Positions 35,793 through 45,665 of a stretch of DNA of 64,000 nt are shown here, one piece after another. Position 1 is the stretch's first letter. Every line of letters starts with the position of its first letter. The stretch comes from a virus, in IMG/VR virus record IMGVR_UViG_3300035703_000047, positions 1 to 64,000 of that record; one strand, written 5' to 3'. The translations under genes were made by a program, and so were the position numbers. The notes beneath the pieces were generated by a model that saw only the letters and a program-made list of their open reading frames with translations, was not told the DNA's origin and did not search any database.

Positions 35793-36268
35793 TGATACAT
35801 TTTTGTTTGAATTGAATCTTTAATACTATTATAGTCAGAAGAATTGCCGTAATCATTATCTACTGTAAATACTTCGTCATATCCAGATCTTTCAATAATT
35901 TTCGATCTAATCTCCATTTGTTTCTTTTCTTTTTGAATTCTCCTCAGAAAAGCATAGTGAATAATCTGAGTAAAATAAGCAAATGGATTGGAAGACTTTT
36001 CTGGATTGAAATTATGAATGTATTGAACACAGTTTTCAATTCCATCGCAGATCATGTCTTCTCGGAACATATAGTTAACAAAGTTTGGTTTGTAAGATAA
36101 ATGAGTAGCTATCTTAAGAAAACACTCTCCCAAGTAATTGGTGATACGAGGTTTTGGTTGGTCATTTTCTGCAGCTACCTTAACTTTTCTTTTATACTCA
36201 ACTATAGCTTCTAAAAATTCTTTATTGTTTACATAATGTTCGGATCTTTTTCTTTTTGGTGCCTGCAT
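35789..36268 (-). CDS. gp55: Late transcription sigma factor
   Basis: HYVNNKEF, NPFAYFTQI. Confidence 0.95.
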   Translation of the reverse strand: MQAPKRKRSEHYVNNKEFLEAIVEYKRKVKVAAENDQPKPRITNYLGECFLKIATHLSYKPNFVNYMFREDMICDGIENCVQYIHNFNPEKSSNPFAYFTQIIHYAFLRRIQKEKKQMEIRSKIIERSGYDEVFTVDNDYGNSSDYNSIKDSIQTKMYQ

Positions 36269-36300
36269 TTCATGAGTCCCTGTTTATATTAAGTGTTCTT

Positions 36301-36352
36301 ATTATAACAGAATATTTGGCTATTGACAATGGCTTGGAAAAGTTGGTACAAT
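36301..36352. promoter_or_regulatory. Back-to-back sigma70-type promoters sharing a palindromic -35
   Basis: Minus: TTGTCA-17-TATAAT (TG-extended) toward gp55; plus: TTGACA-18-TACAAT (TG-extended). Confidence 0.65.
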
Positions 36353-36373
36353 TACTCTGTGGAGTTTCAAAGA

Positions 36374-36781
36374 TTAGTTATCTTTAATATCTTGATTTCT
36401 ATAGAGCTTTTCAAGCTTTTTTCTTGCTTCATGAACTGATGAAAGATATCCCATTTCTGGAGTAAGAGGGTTTTTTATATTTTTATCTTCTTTTTGTATT
36501 AAAAACTTATGGTACATTTCAATAATTTCTGTATCACGAACTTCACTAATTGTGAGGACTTTTTCCATATCAAGTAAAAATGTATCATCATCAGCAAATT
36601 TAAGCCATGGATCTATTTTATATCCTTGCATTCCAATTTGTTTCATTACAATAATCTCAATAGTAACCGGATTATGTAATATTAACATGGTTCTACCGTC
36701 TTCTTCAGAAGGGCAAACAATAGAAAATATTTCTTCTCCAGAAATTAATTTAATAACCGCATAGAAATCTTCTTCCATCAT
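36374..36781 (-). CDS. Conserved hypothetical protein downstream of uvsW
   Basis: FYAVIKLISGEEIF pattern. Confidence 0.8.
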   Translation of the reverse strand: MMEEDFYAVIKLISGEEIFSIVCPSEEDGRTMLILHNPVTIEIIVMKQIGMQGYKIDPWLKFADDDTFLLDMEKVLTISEVRDTEIIEMYHKFLIQKEDKNIKNPLTPEMGYLSSVHEARKKLEKLYRNQDIKDN

Positions 36782-38241
36782 TCTTTTAAATTTACTTGTA
36801 TAAACTCGTAATTAAAATGTTCTTCATTATAGATTTTAACTCTTTCTATTAAATGATTTAAAGTATAATTTTTTCTAGACTTATAAGTACAATCATCTGC
36901 AATATCATAAAGAACTGCTTGAGTTTTATTATCTCCCTTTCTTAATACTCTCCCAATTGATTGTAAATTACGGATTCTAGATTTCGAAGGTGAAGCAAAA
37001 ATAACATTATGTAAATTTTTAATGTTAATTCCTGTAGAAAACGTTCCATACGAAGCAACAATAATTGCATTTTGTTCTCTCTCAGTAATTTCTCTAACTA
37101 ATTCTCTTTCTTCCGCATCTACACCACCATGAACATAAAAAACTTTACGTCCTTCTTTGACTGAATTATTTATTAATTCGTAAAGAGGTTGTCCATGACT
37201 TTCAACCCTAGAAAAAAGAATAAGAGTATTTCCTTTTAAATCTAAAGCTAAATTTTTAATAAAGTTATTTCTCTTTTGATGTCCAATAATAAACTGAACT
37301 TCATCTTCGAAGGTTTCAAATTGTTGTGGATTATGTTTAAGAATAATAATTTTAATTTGAAGTTTGGAAAGATGTCCTTTATCAATTAACTCTTTAGTTT
37401 GTGTTACTTTATATGATGGACCAAATAGACCTTCTAATACCCATTTGTGTGTTTGAGTTCCATCAAGAGTACCAGTAAAACCAAACCTATATTTGGTATT
37501 ATCCATTTTGGTCATAATATTGACCAATGATTTCGATTTAAATTGATGAGCCTCATCACCAATCACTACGTCAAATGAATCATAAAACGTTCTAGGTAGT
37601 TTATAAATGGACTGCCAAGTAGTAATGACTACAGGAAATTCATTTGTCTTTTCACGACCACTGTAAATGCGATGGCAAAAATCTTCGGCATTCCATCCAT
37701 AATCTTGAAAGTCTTTAAACATTTGTTCAACCAAAGACGTTGTAGGAACAACCAAAAGAATCTTTTGATTTTTCTCTGCAAAATATCTAACAATAGAGTA
37801 AATCATTAATGACTTACCAGATGCAGTTGGAGAAATTAAAAGCTTACGATTATATCTAAGAGCATCATAAACTGCATCTATTTGATAATCTCTTGGTTTA
37901 TGTTTAGAAATACGAGTCATGTAATCTTTGACTCCTTCATGAGAGATCATTTCATTCTCTTCTAAAGGAGTTCCGTAGAATTTATTATTTTTAAATTCTA
38001 CTCTATAGTCCCATTTCTTTGCCCAAGATACTACTTTATCAAGTAGACCGACATAAATTTCGCCAGTATGTGTTGAAAAAAGACGAATTTTTCCGTCCCA
38101 GTATTTACTTCTATATTGAGGCATAAATTTAGCACCAGGAACGTCAAAGGTAAAGTGTTCTGATAGTTCTTGGTAAATATGTGGTTCTGCTTCAATTTTT
38201 AAGAAAACTTCGTTCTTCTTTGCAATTATAATATCAGTCAT
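36778..38241 (-). CDS. uvsW: SF2 DNA helicase
   Basis: SPTASGKS, DEAH, QSIGRVLR; probable start MTDIII. Confidence 0.95.
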   Translation of the reverse strand: MTDIIIAKKNEVFLKIEAEPHIYQELSEHFTFDVPGAKFMPQYRSKYWDGKIRLFSTHTGEIYVGLLDKVVSWAKKWDYRVEFKNNKFYGTPLEENEMISHEGVKDYMTRISKHKPRDYQIDAVYDALRYNRKLLISPTASGKSLMIYSIVRYFAEKNQKILLVVPTTSLVEQMFKDFQDYGWNAEDFCHRIYSGREKTNEFPVVITTWQSIYKLPRTFYDSFDVVIGDEAHQFKSKSLVNIMTKMDNTKYRFGFTGTLDGTQTHKWVLEGLFGPSYKVTQTKELIDKGHLSKLQIKIIILKHNPQQFETFEDEVQFIIGHQKRNNFIKNLALDLKGNTLILFSRVESHGQPLYELINNSVKEGRKVFYVHGGVDAEERELVREITEREQNAIIVASYGTFSTGINIKNLHNVIFASPSKSRIRNLQSIGRVLRKGDNKTQAVLYDIADDCTYKSRKNYTLNHLIERVKIYNEEHFNYEFIQVNLKE

Positions 38242-38662
38242 ATCCTCTAATAAATTTTTGCCATTCAATGGCGTTTTTCAACTGGTATGTTCTATTTAAT
38301 ATAGTTTTAATAATACTTTCTAGATAATTTAACATCATCTGATAGTATTCTATTTTAGTTTGGCATTTAATTATATCTTCATCTGCATCAAGATATTTGT
38401 CCAAATCATTTTTTAAAACTCGGTGATCAAATGGTTTTTCCACATATACGTCTGGCTCTGCTTTACCAGTATAATATTGCCACTTTTCTTTTTTTAAAAT
38501 TTTGTATTTATTTTCTTGAGCTTTTTTTAGAGTTAATACATTGTTAAAAATTTTATAATATTTTGCATGAAGACTGGCAATCTTTACAGATTCTGTATGC
38601 AAGTTATCCTCATCAATTTTTGAGTCTTCTTCCCAAAGTTTTTGAATTTCATCCAGGTTCAT
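38234..38662 (-). CDS. uvsY: Recombination mediator
   Basis: LHAKY, YYTGKA, KNAIEWQKF. Confidence 0.92.
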   Translation of the reverse strand: MNLDEIQKLWEEDSKIDEDNLHTESVKIASLHAKYYKIFNNVLTLKKAQENKYKILKKEKWQYYTGKAEPDVYVEKPFDHRVLKNDLDKYLDADEDIIKCQTKIEYYQMMLNYLESIIKTILNRTYQLKNAIEWQKFIRGYD

Positions 38663-39188
38663 ATTTAAAGATTTTATAAAGAGTATACTTAAAGGTTACC
38701 GTAGCCACTGCATACTGAATATCTTGACTAGTGGCGTCAAAATCAATTTCAGAAAGAGATGTTGGAAACATTCCTTGAAATTTTACAAAAGTTGATGGTT
38801 GAAAATTACTGTTATAGACTAATAGGGTTCCATCAGATACATTCGGATCTTGATTGGGATTGTATGGGTCACTTTGTTTCCATTCAGTATATTCGTAAAT
38901 ACTTTCTGGATATCCTAGTCCCCGCATCCAATTTTGAATAATGTTATAGTTTTCTAAATTTTCGTCAATATTAAAAGTTAATTTAAAATCATCAAAAATT
39001 AATTTGTCACCAGGAATTGGGATATCTTTCAAATAAGTTGGTTGGATTGCTACTCCAAGATTAATTCCTGGAATATTTGCCGATTTTGAAAAAAAATCTA
39101 CTTTTGGTGATCTTGTAAGATTAAATTTAAATCCTAGAGAACTTAAAAAATTTCTATTTGAAATTTGATTATCAAAAGCACTTGACAT
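38649..39188 (-). CDS. gp3: Tail completion / tube terminator protein
   Basis: NRNFLS..GF, ANIPGI.LG, FPTSLS; position after gp23. Confidence 0.85.
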   Translation of the reverse strand: MSSAFDNQISNRNFLSSLGFKFNLTRSPKVDFFSKSANIPGINLGVAIQPTYLKDIPIPGDKLIFDDFKLTFNIDENLENYNIIQNWMRGLGYPESIYEYTEWKQSDPYNPNQDPNVSDGTLLVYNSNFQPSTFVKFQGMFPTSLSEIDFDATSQDIQYAVATVTFKYTLYKIFKYEPG

Positions 39189-39200
39189 CGTTTTTACTTT

Positions 39201-39236
39201 TATTTATTTGCAATAAAAAAGGGTCCTTTCGGACCC
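39201..39236 (-). terminator. gp23 terminator followed by a late promoter (39201-39206)
   Basis: GGGTCC-GAAA-GGACCC-TTTTTT. Confidence 0.9.
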
Positions 39237-39261
39237 TGAATCTGAAGAGTTGTGAAATGAA

Positions 39262-40671
39262 TCACATAAGGTTGGCAACCTTGACTCTTCTATAGTAACG
39301 GTTTGCATTGAGGCGGAGTCTTCCGAGTCCCTGATCGGTTCCTTCTGCAAATGGGTTGGCAACAATACCATAACGGGTCTTGAAGCCAATTTTTGGTTGG
39401 AAGGTATCCTGACCGACGGCACGAACCATCTGGAGAGGAACATATGGGCAGTAGAAGATACCAGCGTCATATGCGCTAGAACCCTTGTAACCTACAACGT
39501 AGTACTGGTCAGCACCAGTTCCACCGCCATTGTAACCAGCAGCATATGGGTCAATGTAGACTCTATACTTGCCTTGGAGAACACCAGCGAAGGTGTTACC
39601 AGTGTCATCAACGTTAAGATTAGCGTTGAGTGCAGGAGTGTAGTCAAGTACACCAGCCATAGTTAGAGCAGAAGCAACGTCTGCAGAACAGATGATGGTG
39701 TTGCCCTTTCCTCTACGAGTTCTTTGTGCGATTGCGTTAGCATCACGCTCGATTTGGAAGAGTAGACCCTTGAACTTCTCAACGGACCAACGACCGTTTG
39801 AATCAACGTCAAGGTCAAATACACCCTGAGTTGCGGTATTTGCAGTAGCACCTTGCTCGGCAACCTTGTAGATAGTTCTGATGACTTCTCTGTTGATCTC
39901 AGCGAGGATCTCAGTAGAAAGAAGGTTAGCAAGTTCTGCTTCTGCATTTAGACCGTGGATCGCCTTGAGGTCTTGAGCAAGCTCTAGGGAATACTCAGCC
40001 TTGAGGGCGCGTGACTTAGCAGTTACGGTGACTTTCTCGATTGAGAATGCCATCTCGTTGAAGAAGTTACCAGCAGAATCTCCGAGAGCCTCGGAATCGC
40101 CAGTGGTCATACCCTGACCAACGTTATATGGTGATGGGTTGGTGGTAGCGGTTCCAACTGGGTTGAGAAGACCTGGATTGCTTCCATCCTGATTAGTTGT
40201 ACCGAAACCAACTAGACCATCGGAGAAACCGTTGGAAAGGTTACGGCTGTTGTTCTGACCAGAGAAAGTGGTATCTACTTCATTGAAGAAGGTCTCATCT
40301 CCACTCTGACCGTTGTAACGGGAACGCATTGCGAAGATGAGTCCAGTAGGGCCAGACATTGGTTGAACGCCACAGATGTCATAAGCAATGAGGTTAGGCA
40401 TTGCACGACGAATGAGGCTGATTAGAACTGGGTCGAAACCAGCAACTGGACCACCAGCAGCAGCGGAACCAGAGAATCCACCAGTACCAGCAGAGTTGGT
40501 TGGGGAAGCTTCGCCAAGGAACTCAGCAGACTCGCGGAGTTCTCTCTCTTGGTTCTCTAGAAGTTGTGCAGTAACTGCACGTCTGTGGGAATCTTTGATA
40601 TTGCCTAGACCATCAAAGTCTAGAACTGGAGCCCACTTCTCCATTAAATGTTGTGAATTAATTCCGTCCAT
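39262..40671 (-). CDS. gp23: Major capsid protein
   Basis: GVQPMSGPTGLIFAMR, KSRALKAEY, FQPKIGFKTRYG. Confidence 0.98.
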   Translation of the reverse strand: MDGINSQHLMEKWAPVLDFDGLGNIKDSHRRAVTAQLLENQERELRESAEFLGEASPTNSAGTGGFSGSAAAGGPVAGFDPVLISLIRRAMPNLIAYDICGVQPMSGPTGLIFAMRSRYNGQSGDETFFNEVDTTFSGQNNSRNLSNGFSDGLVGFGTTNQDGSNPGLLNPVGTATTNPSPYNVGQGMTTGDSEALGDSAGNFFNEMAFSIEKVTVTAKSRALKAEYSLELAQDLKAIHGLNAEAELANLLSTEILAEINREVIRTIYKVAEQGATANTATQGVFDLDVDSNGRWSVEKFKGLLFQIERDANAIAQRTRRGKGNTIICSADVASALTMAGVLDYTPALNANLNVDDTGNTFAGVLQGKYRVYIDPYAAGYNGGGTGADQYYVVGYKGSSAYDAGIFYCPYVPLQMVRAVGQDTFQPKIGFKTRYGIVANPFAEGTDQGLGRLRLNANRYYRRVKVANLM

Positions 40672-40730
40672 TTTAGTTTGATACCTCGTTTTAAGTGTTG
40701 TTAAACTGCGGTTTGAGTATTATCTAGAAA

Positions 40731-41939
40731 TCACTTTTTAGCAACGTTGGAAAGTGCTCTTAAATAAGCATCCATAGAAGGTGAATGAATCACTTCTTGG
40801 AAATTAGCTTCTTCCTTTAGGTTTTCCGTTTCGTCAGCTGGAGCACTAGCGTGTTCTGGGAAGTAAGACTTCCTTAGAGTTACTAGTTTCTCACGATAGT
40901 TCGCTTCACTCTCAAACTCAACACTTTCTGCAAGGCTTGCAAACTTATCCTTTTGGGATAGTGCGAGACCTTCTGCAACTTCGCCAAAAATTCTGTCAGC
41001 AGAACTTTCGGAGAGCTTTTGATTAAGAGCAATATTGCGCTCAATCTGCTCGTTGAGTTTTGTCTCCATATCATCAAGTTTTTGTACCATGCTCTCTAGT
41101 ACATCATATTTCTCTTCAGGCATTGATACATAATGTTCTTCAAAAAGACCCTTCATTCCAACAATGAAGGATTCCGTGATCTCAGTCTTAAGACCACTTT
41201 CAATGGCAAGAGCATTCTCTTCTAACCACTCGGAAGCAACATACTCTAGGTATGAGTCAACACGTTCGGTTAGTTCTAGTTTGATTTCTTCAACCTCTTC
41301 TGCAAGAGCTTCAGCATAATTTTCTTCCAAAATAGATTGAATTTCCTTTGTTTTCGAGTGTAAAGCAGCTTCGAATACAAGCTTCGCTTTCTCTTTGAAT
41401 TCCTCGGAGAGATCATCTTCACCAGAGAGAAGAGCATTAACGTCTTCATCAATAATAGAATCTACGTCTTCTTCAACGACTTCTTCCTCTTCAGACTCTT
41501 CTACTTCAATTTCCTCGCCTTCAGACTCCTCACCTTCTTCTGCAACGATTTCTTCATACTCTTCTTCTTCAACTTCCTCTTTCATACCACCACCTTGACC
41601 TGGGGTAGAAACAGAAGTTGCTGAAGTCTCAGCACCTTGAGCTGCAGCAGCTTTAGCATTTACAACATCCTTAACTTGCTTAAGAGTTGCACCAGGAGTC
41701 TTTAGCGTATTGCTATTATCATCTGGTCTGCTATTTTCTGGTGTAGGGCCTCCAAGATCTTCCCAACCACCAGTTTGACCTGGAGTTGCAACAGGGGTTG
41801 CACTTTTTTCTGGGGAAGCCGGTGCAGATGCGTTAGCATTTACAGCGGTTTTGGATTGTGAAGTGCCGCTTCCTGCGCCACCGCCCTGGCCGGGGGTAGC
41901 AACAGATTCCATTTCTTGTAAATTGTTACCACGGGACAT
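40731..41939 (-). CDS. gp22: Prohead core scaffold protein
   Basis: LSEEFKEKAKLVFEAA, very acidic, upstream of gp23. Confidence 0.93.
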   Translation of the reverse strand: MSRGNNLQEMESVATPGQGGGAGSGTSQSKTAVNANASAPASPEKSATPVATPGQTGGWEDLGGPTPENSRPDDNSNTLKTPGATLKQVKDVVNAKAAAAQGAETSATSVSTPGQGGGMKEEVEEEEYEEIVAEEGEESEGEEIEVEESEEEEVVEEDVDSIIDEDVNALLSGEDDLSEEFKEKAKLVFEAALHSKTKEIQSILEENYAEALAEEVEEIKLELTERVDSYLEYVASEWLEENALAIESGLKTEITESFIVGMKGLFEEHYVSMPEEKYDVLESMVQKLDDMETKLNEQIERNIALNQKLSESSADRIFGEVAEGLALSQKDKFASLAESVEFESEANYREKLVTLRKSYFPEHASAPADETENLKEEANFQEVIHSPSMDAYLRALSNVAKK

Positions 41940-41984
41940 TTTTACTCTCCGATTACCTTAGTATAATCTGTATTTATTTATAAA

Positions 41985-42635
41985 TTATAGATTTGACAGA
42001 AACTCTTGGAACAGATTTAACTTCTGTTCATCAAGTCTTCTCTGGTCTATAAGTGTATTTATTCTTTTTTGGGTTCTTTCTGCAAGTTGTTCACGAAGGA
42101 TTCCTCCATCCCAAACCCACTCTTTGCCTTCCATAATTCCAGAAACAAAAGCATCTGGAGCGGAAGGATCAGCAACGATATCAGCTGCAGTAGCAAGCAT
42201 GAAATCTTCACCGACAATTTTGTGTCCTTCACTAGTTGTTTGTAGAGAACCTACACCACGAGAAGAAACACCAAGCATTACGCCCTCATCCAAAAGGGAG
42301 GATGCAATCTTACCCATAGGAGTATTAAGAATTTGTGCTTTACCTTTGAAGTTATTACCTTCCTGAACTAGTGAAGTAATCTTATGCGAAACGCGATCAA
42401 GATTTACTGTTGGGCCATCTGGATGGCCAAGTTCTCCAAGAGCACGACCTTTTTGAACAAACTGCTCATTGTAACGATCTACTTCACGGGAAAGAACATT
42501 AATTGGATACATTCTTCCATTGCGATTTTTAATTTCTCCTTGGAGAAATACGCCTTCAATATAGAGTTTTTTATTAACACCTTTTCCTTCGGTGATAATC
42601 TTTACATTCGTTACTTCTTCGGTAATTAGTTTCAT
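41985..42635 (-). CDS. gp21: Prohead protease
   Basis: NRNGRMY, GELGHP, GVSSRG, DIVADPSAPDA. Confidence 0.96.
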   Translation of the reverse strand: MKLITEEVTNVKIITEGKGVNKKLYIEGVFLQGEIKNRNGRMYPINVLSREVDRYNEQFVQKGRALGELGHPDGPTVNLDRVSHKITSLVQEGNNFKGKAQILNTPMGKIASSLLDEGVMLGVSSRGVGSLQTTSEGHKIVGEDFMLATAADIVADPSAPDAFVSGIMEGKEWVWDGGILREQLAERTQKRINTLIDQRRLDEQKLNLFQEFLSNL

Positions 42636-42640
42636 AGTTC

Positions 42641-42910
42641 TTAGTTGGTGAGTCCTACTTTAGCTGCTTTAACTGATGCAGAAGATGCAAAGATTACATC
42701 AGTTGAATATTTTTCAAGAAATTCAACTGATCCAGTAGCCATTGTAAATGTACTAGTAGTTGCGGATCCAACAGAAGGTGAAATACTTACTGTAGCCGCA
42801 GCACCAGATCCATTATACAATCTTACACAGGTAGCTTCACTAATGCTGGAAGCTGTACCTGATGTAGTTGGCATCGCAACTTCTGTTGCAATTATTTTTG
42901 TTCTTTGCAT
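42641..42910 (-). CDS. Small hypothetical protein, probably virion-associated
   Basis: Late promoter at 42936-42941; head gene cluster. Confidence 0.7.
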   Translation of the reverse strand: MQRTKIIATEVAMPTTSGTASSISEATCVRLYNGSGAAATVSISPSVGSATTSTFTMATGSVEFLEKYSTDVIFASSASVKAAKVGLTN

Positions 42911-42941
42911 TGTTATAATAAAGTTCTATAATAACTATTTA

Positions 42942-43157
42942 TTATTCTGCGTCTTCTTCGTAGTCTTCAGACTCTTCTGGCGCATCTTCATGTTCGATTT
43001 CACCAGATTCTTCCTCGTCACCAAACATTGAAGCAGCTACAACAGGTCTAATAATTTCAATATTTTCTGCAGATTTTTGCATTAAAATTTCTTTAATTCG
43101 GTCACTAATGTCTGCGGGAGATTCATTAGAAACCATCATATTAATAAGGTCATCCAT
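42942..43157 (-). CDS. Small acidic prohead core-like protein
   Basis: Position after the portal gene, acidic tail, late promoter at 43185-43190. Confidence 0.65.
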   Translation of the reverse strand: MDDLINMMVSNESPADISDRIKEILMQKSAENIEIIRPVVAASMFGDEEESGEIEHEDAPEESEDYEEDAE

Positions 43158-43190
43158 TTTAAAAATTCAGTGTTTACTTAAGGGTATTTA

Positions 43191-44906
43191 TTAAATTCTG
43201 CCACCTTTTGGCATTGTAACTTTTGGAGATTCTGGAGATGGAGGCATTTCTGCAACCGAAGCATTAGTTTCAGGATTCATCGGAACTTCTCCCATCGCAG
43301 GTTGTTCAGTTGATGGTTGTTCTTGTCCAAAAGGCAACCCTGTTGTAGGATCAACATCTGGAGGAATTATACCAGCCTCTTTTTCTACGATAATTTGTTG
43401 ATCGATCTCTACAATTTCCGAATCCGTTTGTTTTAGAACATTTCTTCTGATGTAGTCCACAGAGAAATACTTACCAACATAAGGTTCTGCAACTGCAAGA
43501 ACATTCAATCTATTTTGAATTAGTTCTGCTTCTTTGAGTTCTGCAAAATGATTGTCATAAACATAATCAAACTGAATATGGTCCGAAAGAACCTTCCAAT
43601 CTTCTGGAGTAACGATATTTTTTAAGATAAGTTGAGTCCTCAACATATCCATGAATAAATGAGAAAATCTTTTTCTCATTCTTCCCACGAATTTGGTAAA
43701 CTTAATTTCATCTCTAAGAATTTCGGAAGAACGACCTAGATTGAAACCACCTTCTCCGCCTAAACGAGATTCTGGAACACCAAGAGCTCGGAAAAGTTTC
43801 TTTTGGAAATAATTAACATCTGTAAGTTCACCAAGATTTTGTCCACCAGGAAGAGTTGTGATTTCTGTACCACGACCCCCTTCCCTTCTTGGAAGCCAAA
43901 AATCTTCTAACATTGACATCATTCTCTTATCGTCACGAATCTCACCAGTATTCGCATCATAAACTAACTTATTACGATAACGAGTCATGACATCGCGGAG
44001 ATATTGTTCCGCTTTAATTTTTGGAAGATTGCCTACATCAATGTAGAAAATTCTACGCTCTGGAGCACGGGATAATCTATAGATAACAAGAGAATCCTCA
44101 ATCATACGAAGTTGATTGAGTGCTTTGATTGCTTTATGTAAATAAGAAAGAATTACCTGTTTATTTCTATCTACTAAACCGGAATGTACAAAAGTTATTG
44201 CATCTTTAGAAATTCTTGCTGACCCACCAATAGCGGTTTTAAAGTTACTAGTTGATTGTCCAGCCCCTGTTCCTCTAATATTTGGGTCATATTCATAAAA
44301 CTCCTCTACTTCAGGAGTTGACATATTTCCATTCGGAGATTTTCCAGATGTAACAGAGAATGATGGATTTAAAACATGTTTTCCATCTTTTTTGATCTTT
44401 CTAACAAGTTTGATTTTCATCGGATCAATATATCTGACCTCTTTGATTCCTTCTTGTGGTTTTTCTAAATCAATAACTTTATGGTAGTAAATTCTTCCAT
44501 CTACATACCAATTTCTCATGATCTCATGACATCTTTTATCAAAATCTAAAATTTCTTTGATATATTTAAATTCTTGTCTAATAATATCTTTTAATTTGTC
44601 CGAGGCAGGAACGTTTTGCAAATCAATCTGAACTGGAGAATCATTTTGATCAGAAACAATTGCTTCATTAATAATATCTTCAATGGCTCCATCAACTTCT
44701 GGATGAATTGCCATTTCACGATATCTTTTAATTAAATCATACTCTGATTTATAAACTCCTTCAATATCAACATATTGTCCGTAAAAACCACTAGACACAT
44801 AAAAGTCCGAAGAATCTTCTTGATTCTCCGGAATAGGAGAGACGATAGATTTTTTTGATCTATCGTCTTCCGAGTCTTGGATTTTAAAACCAAATAATTT
44901 AGGCAT
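43191..44906 (-). CDS. gp20: Portal vertex protein
   Basis: YRLSRAPERRIFYIDVGNLP, EDFWLPRREGGRGTEI. Confidence 0.97.
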   Translation of the reverse strand: MPKLFGFKIQDSEDDRSKKSIVSPIPENQEDSSDFYVSSGFYGQYVDIEGVYKSEYDLIKRYREMAIHPEVDGAIEDIINEAIVSDQNDSPVQIDLQNVPASDKLKDIIRQEFKYIKEILDFDKRCHEIMRNWYVDGRIYYHKVIDLEKPQEGIKEVRYIDPMKIKLVRKIKKDGKHVLNPSFSVTSGKSPNGNMSTPEVEEFYEYDPNIRGTGAGQSTSNFKTAIGGSARISKDAITFVHSGLVDRNKQVILSYLHKAIKALNQLRMIEDSLVIYRLSRAPERRIFYIDVGNLPKIKAEQYLRDVMTRYRNKLVYDANTGEIRDDKRMMSMLEDFWLPRREGGRGTEITTLPGGQNLGELTDVNYFQKKLFRALGVPESRLGGEGGFNLGRSSEILRDEIKFTKFVGRMRKRFSHLFMDMLRTQLILKNIVTPEDWKVLSDHIQFDYVYDNHFAELKEAELIQNRLNVLAVAEPYVGKYFSVDYIRRNVLKQTDSEIVEIDQQIIVEKEAGIIPPDVDPTTGLPFGQEQPSTEQPAMGEVPMNPETNASVAEMPPSPESPKVTMPKGGRI

Positions 44907-44935
44907 TACTCAAATATAAACTCTATTTCTATTAT

Positions 44936-45628
44936 TTATAGGGGGTTTAAAATCTGAGGATCAGTACCTAATTGAGTAGAACCATTTGAGTCAAGAGCAT
45001 CCCACCACTGCACTTGAAGATCTACGGTAAATTCTTCAATAGTATCTGAAGAATCATATGATAAATCGATAGAACTAACGGCAGTTGGAAATATCCCATA
45101 AAACTTATATGCTTTTAAAACTGGAATGGAATCTCCAGCTTTAGTAGTAACAGGAGAAATAATATTAGATTGTGCAGATGCAACCGATGTTCTACCAAAC
45201 TGTTTTACAACAGCGTCTCTTTGATATTGAGCTGGATTGATCAATCCAGTATTATCGTCATGTTTATTGATGGCGTTCATCCATTTTTCAAAAGCGGTTC
45301 TAATTGTAAAATCAATATCATTGATAATTGTAATTGTCCAAACATCAAAAGTTCTATCTCCTGCAATTTTTAGAGTTCTTCCTCTAAAAGGAACTTCAAT
45401 AACACCAACATTTGATGCAGGTAAATTTGCAGCTTTAATCATAAATCTAGAAAGTTCACTTACAGATCTGGCTTGATTATTGGATGAATTTGCAGTTGAA
45501 TCGGTTGCAAATGATGGAAAATTTAATTCAACTTCAAAAAGATTTGGGCGAGCTGCTCCACCTATCAATCTTGATTTAAAATCTTCTAAAGTTCTAGATC
45601 CAAAATTTGGAGTATTTGAAAATGACAT
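44936..45628 (-). CDS. gp19: Tail tube protein
   Basis: ARPNLFEV, FRGR.LKIAGDRTF. Confidence 0.95.
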   Translation of the reverse strand: MSFSNTPNFGSRTLEDFKSRLIGGAARPNLFEVELNFPSFATDSTANSSNNQARSVSELSRFMIKAANLPASNVGVIEVPFRGRTLKIAGDRTFDVWTITIINDIDFTIRTAFEKWMNAINKHDDNTGLINPAQYQRDAVVKQFGRTSVASAQSNIISPVTTKAGDSIPVLKAYKFYGIFPTAVSSIDLSYDSSDTIEEFTVDLQVQWWDALDSNGSTQLGTDPQILNPL

Positions 45629-45665
45629 TTTTTTACCTCTGTAGGGATTGGTGTTTTAAAAAGAA

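Noticed and set aside
39204-39470. Alternate-frame minus-strand ORFs nested in core genes (this 88-aa ORF in gp23; also 22919-23335, 12740-13087)
   Set aside because: Off-frame overlaps within highly conserved genes, with no independent support
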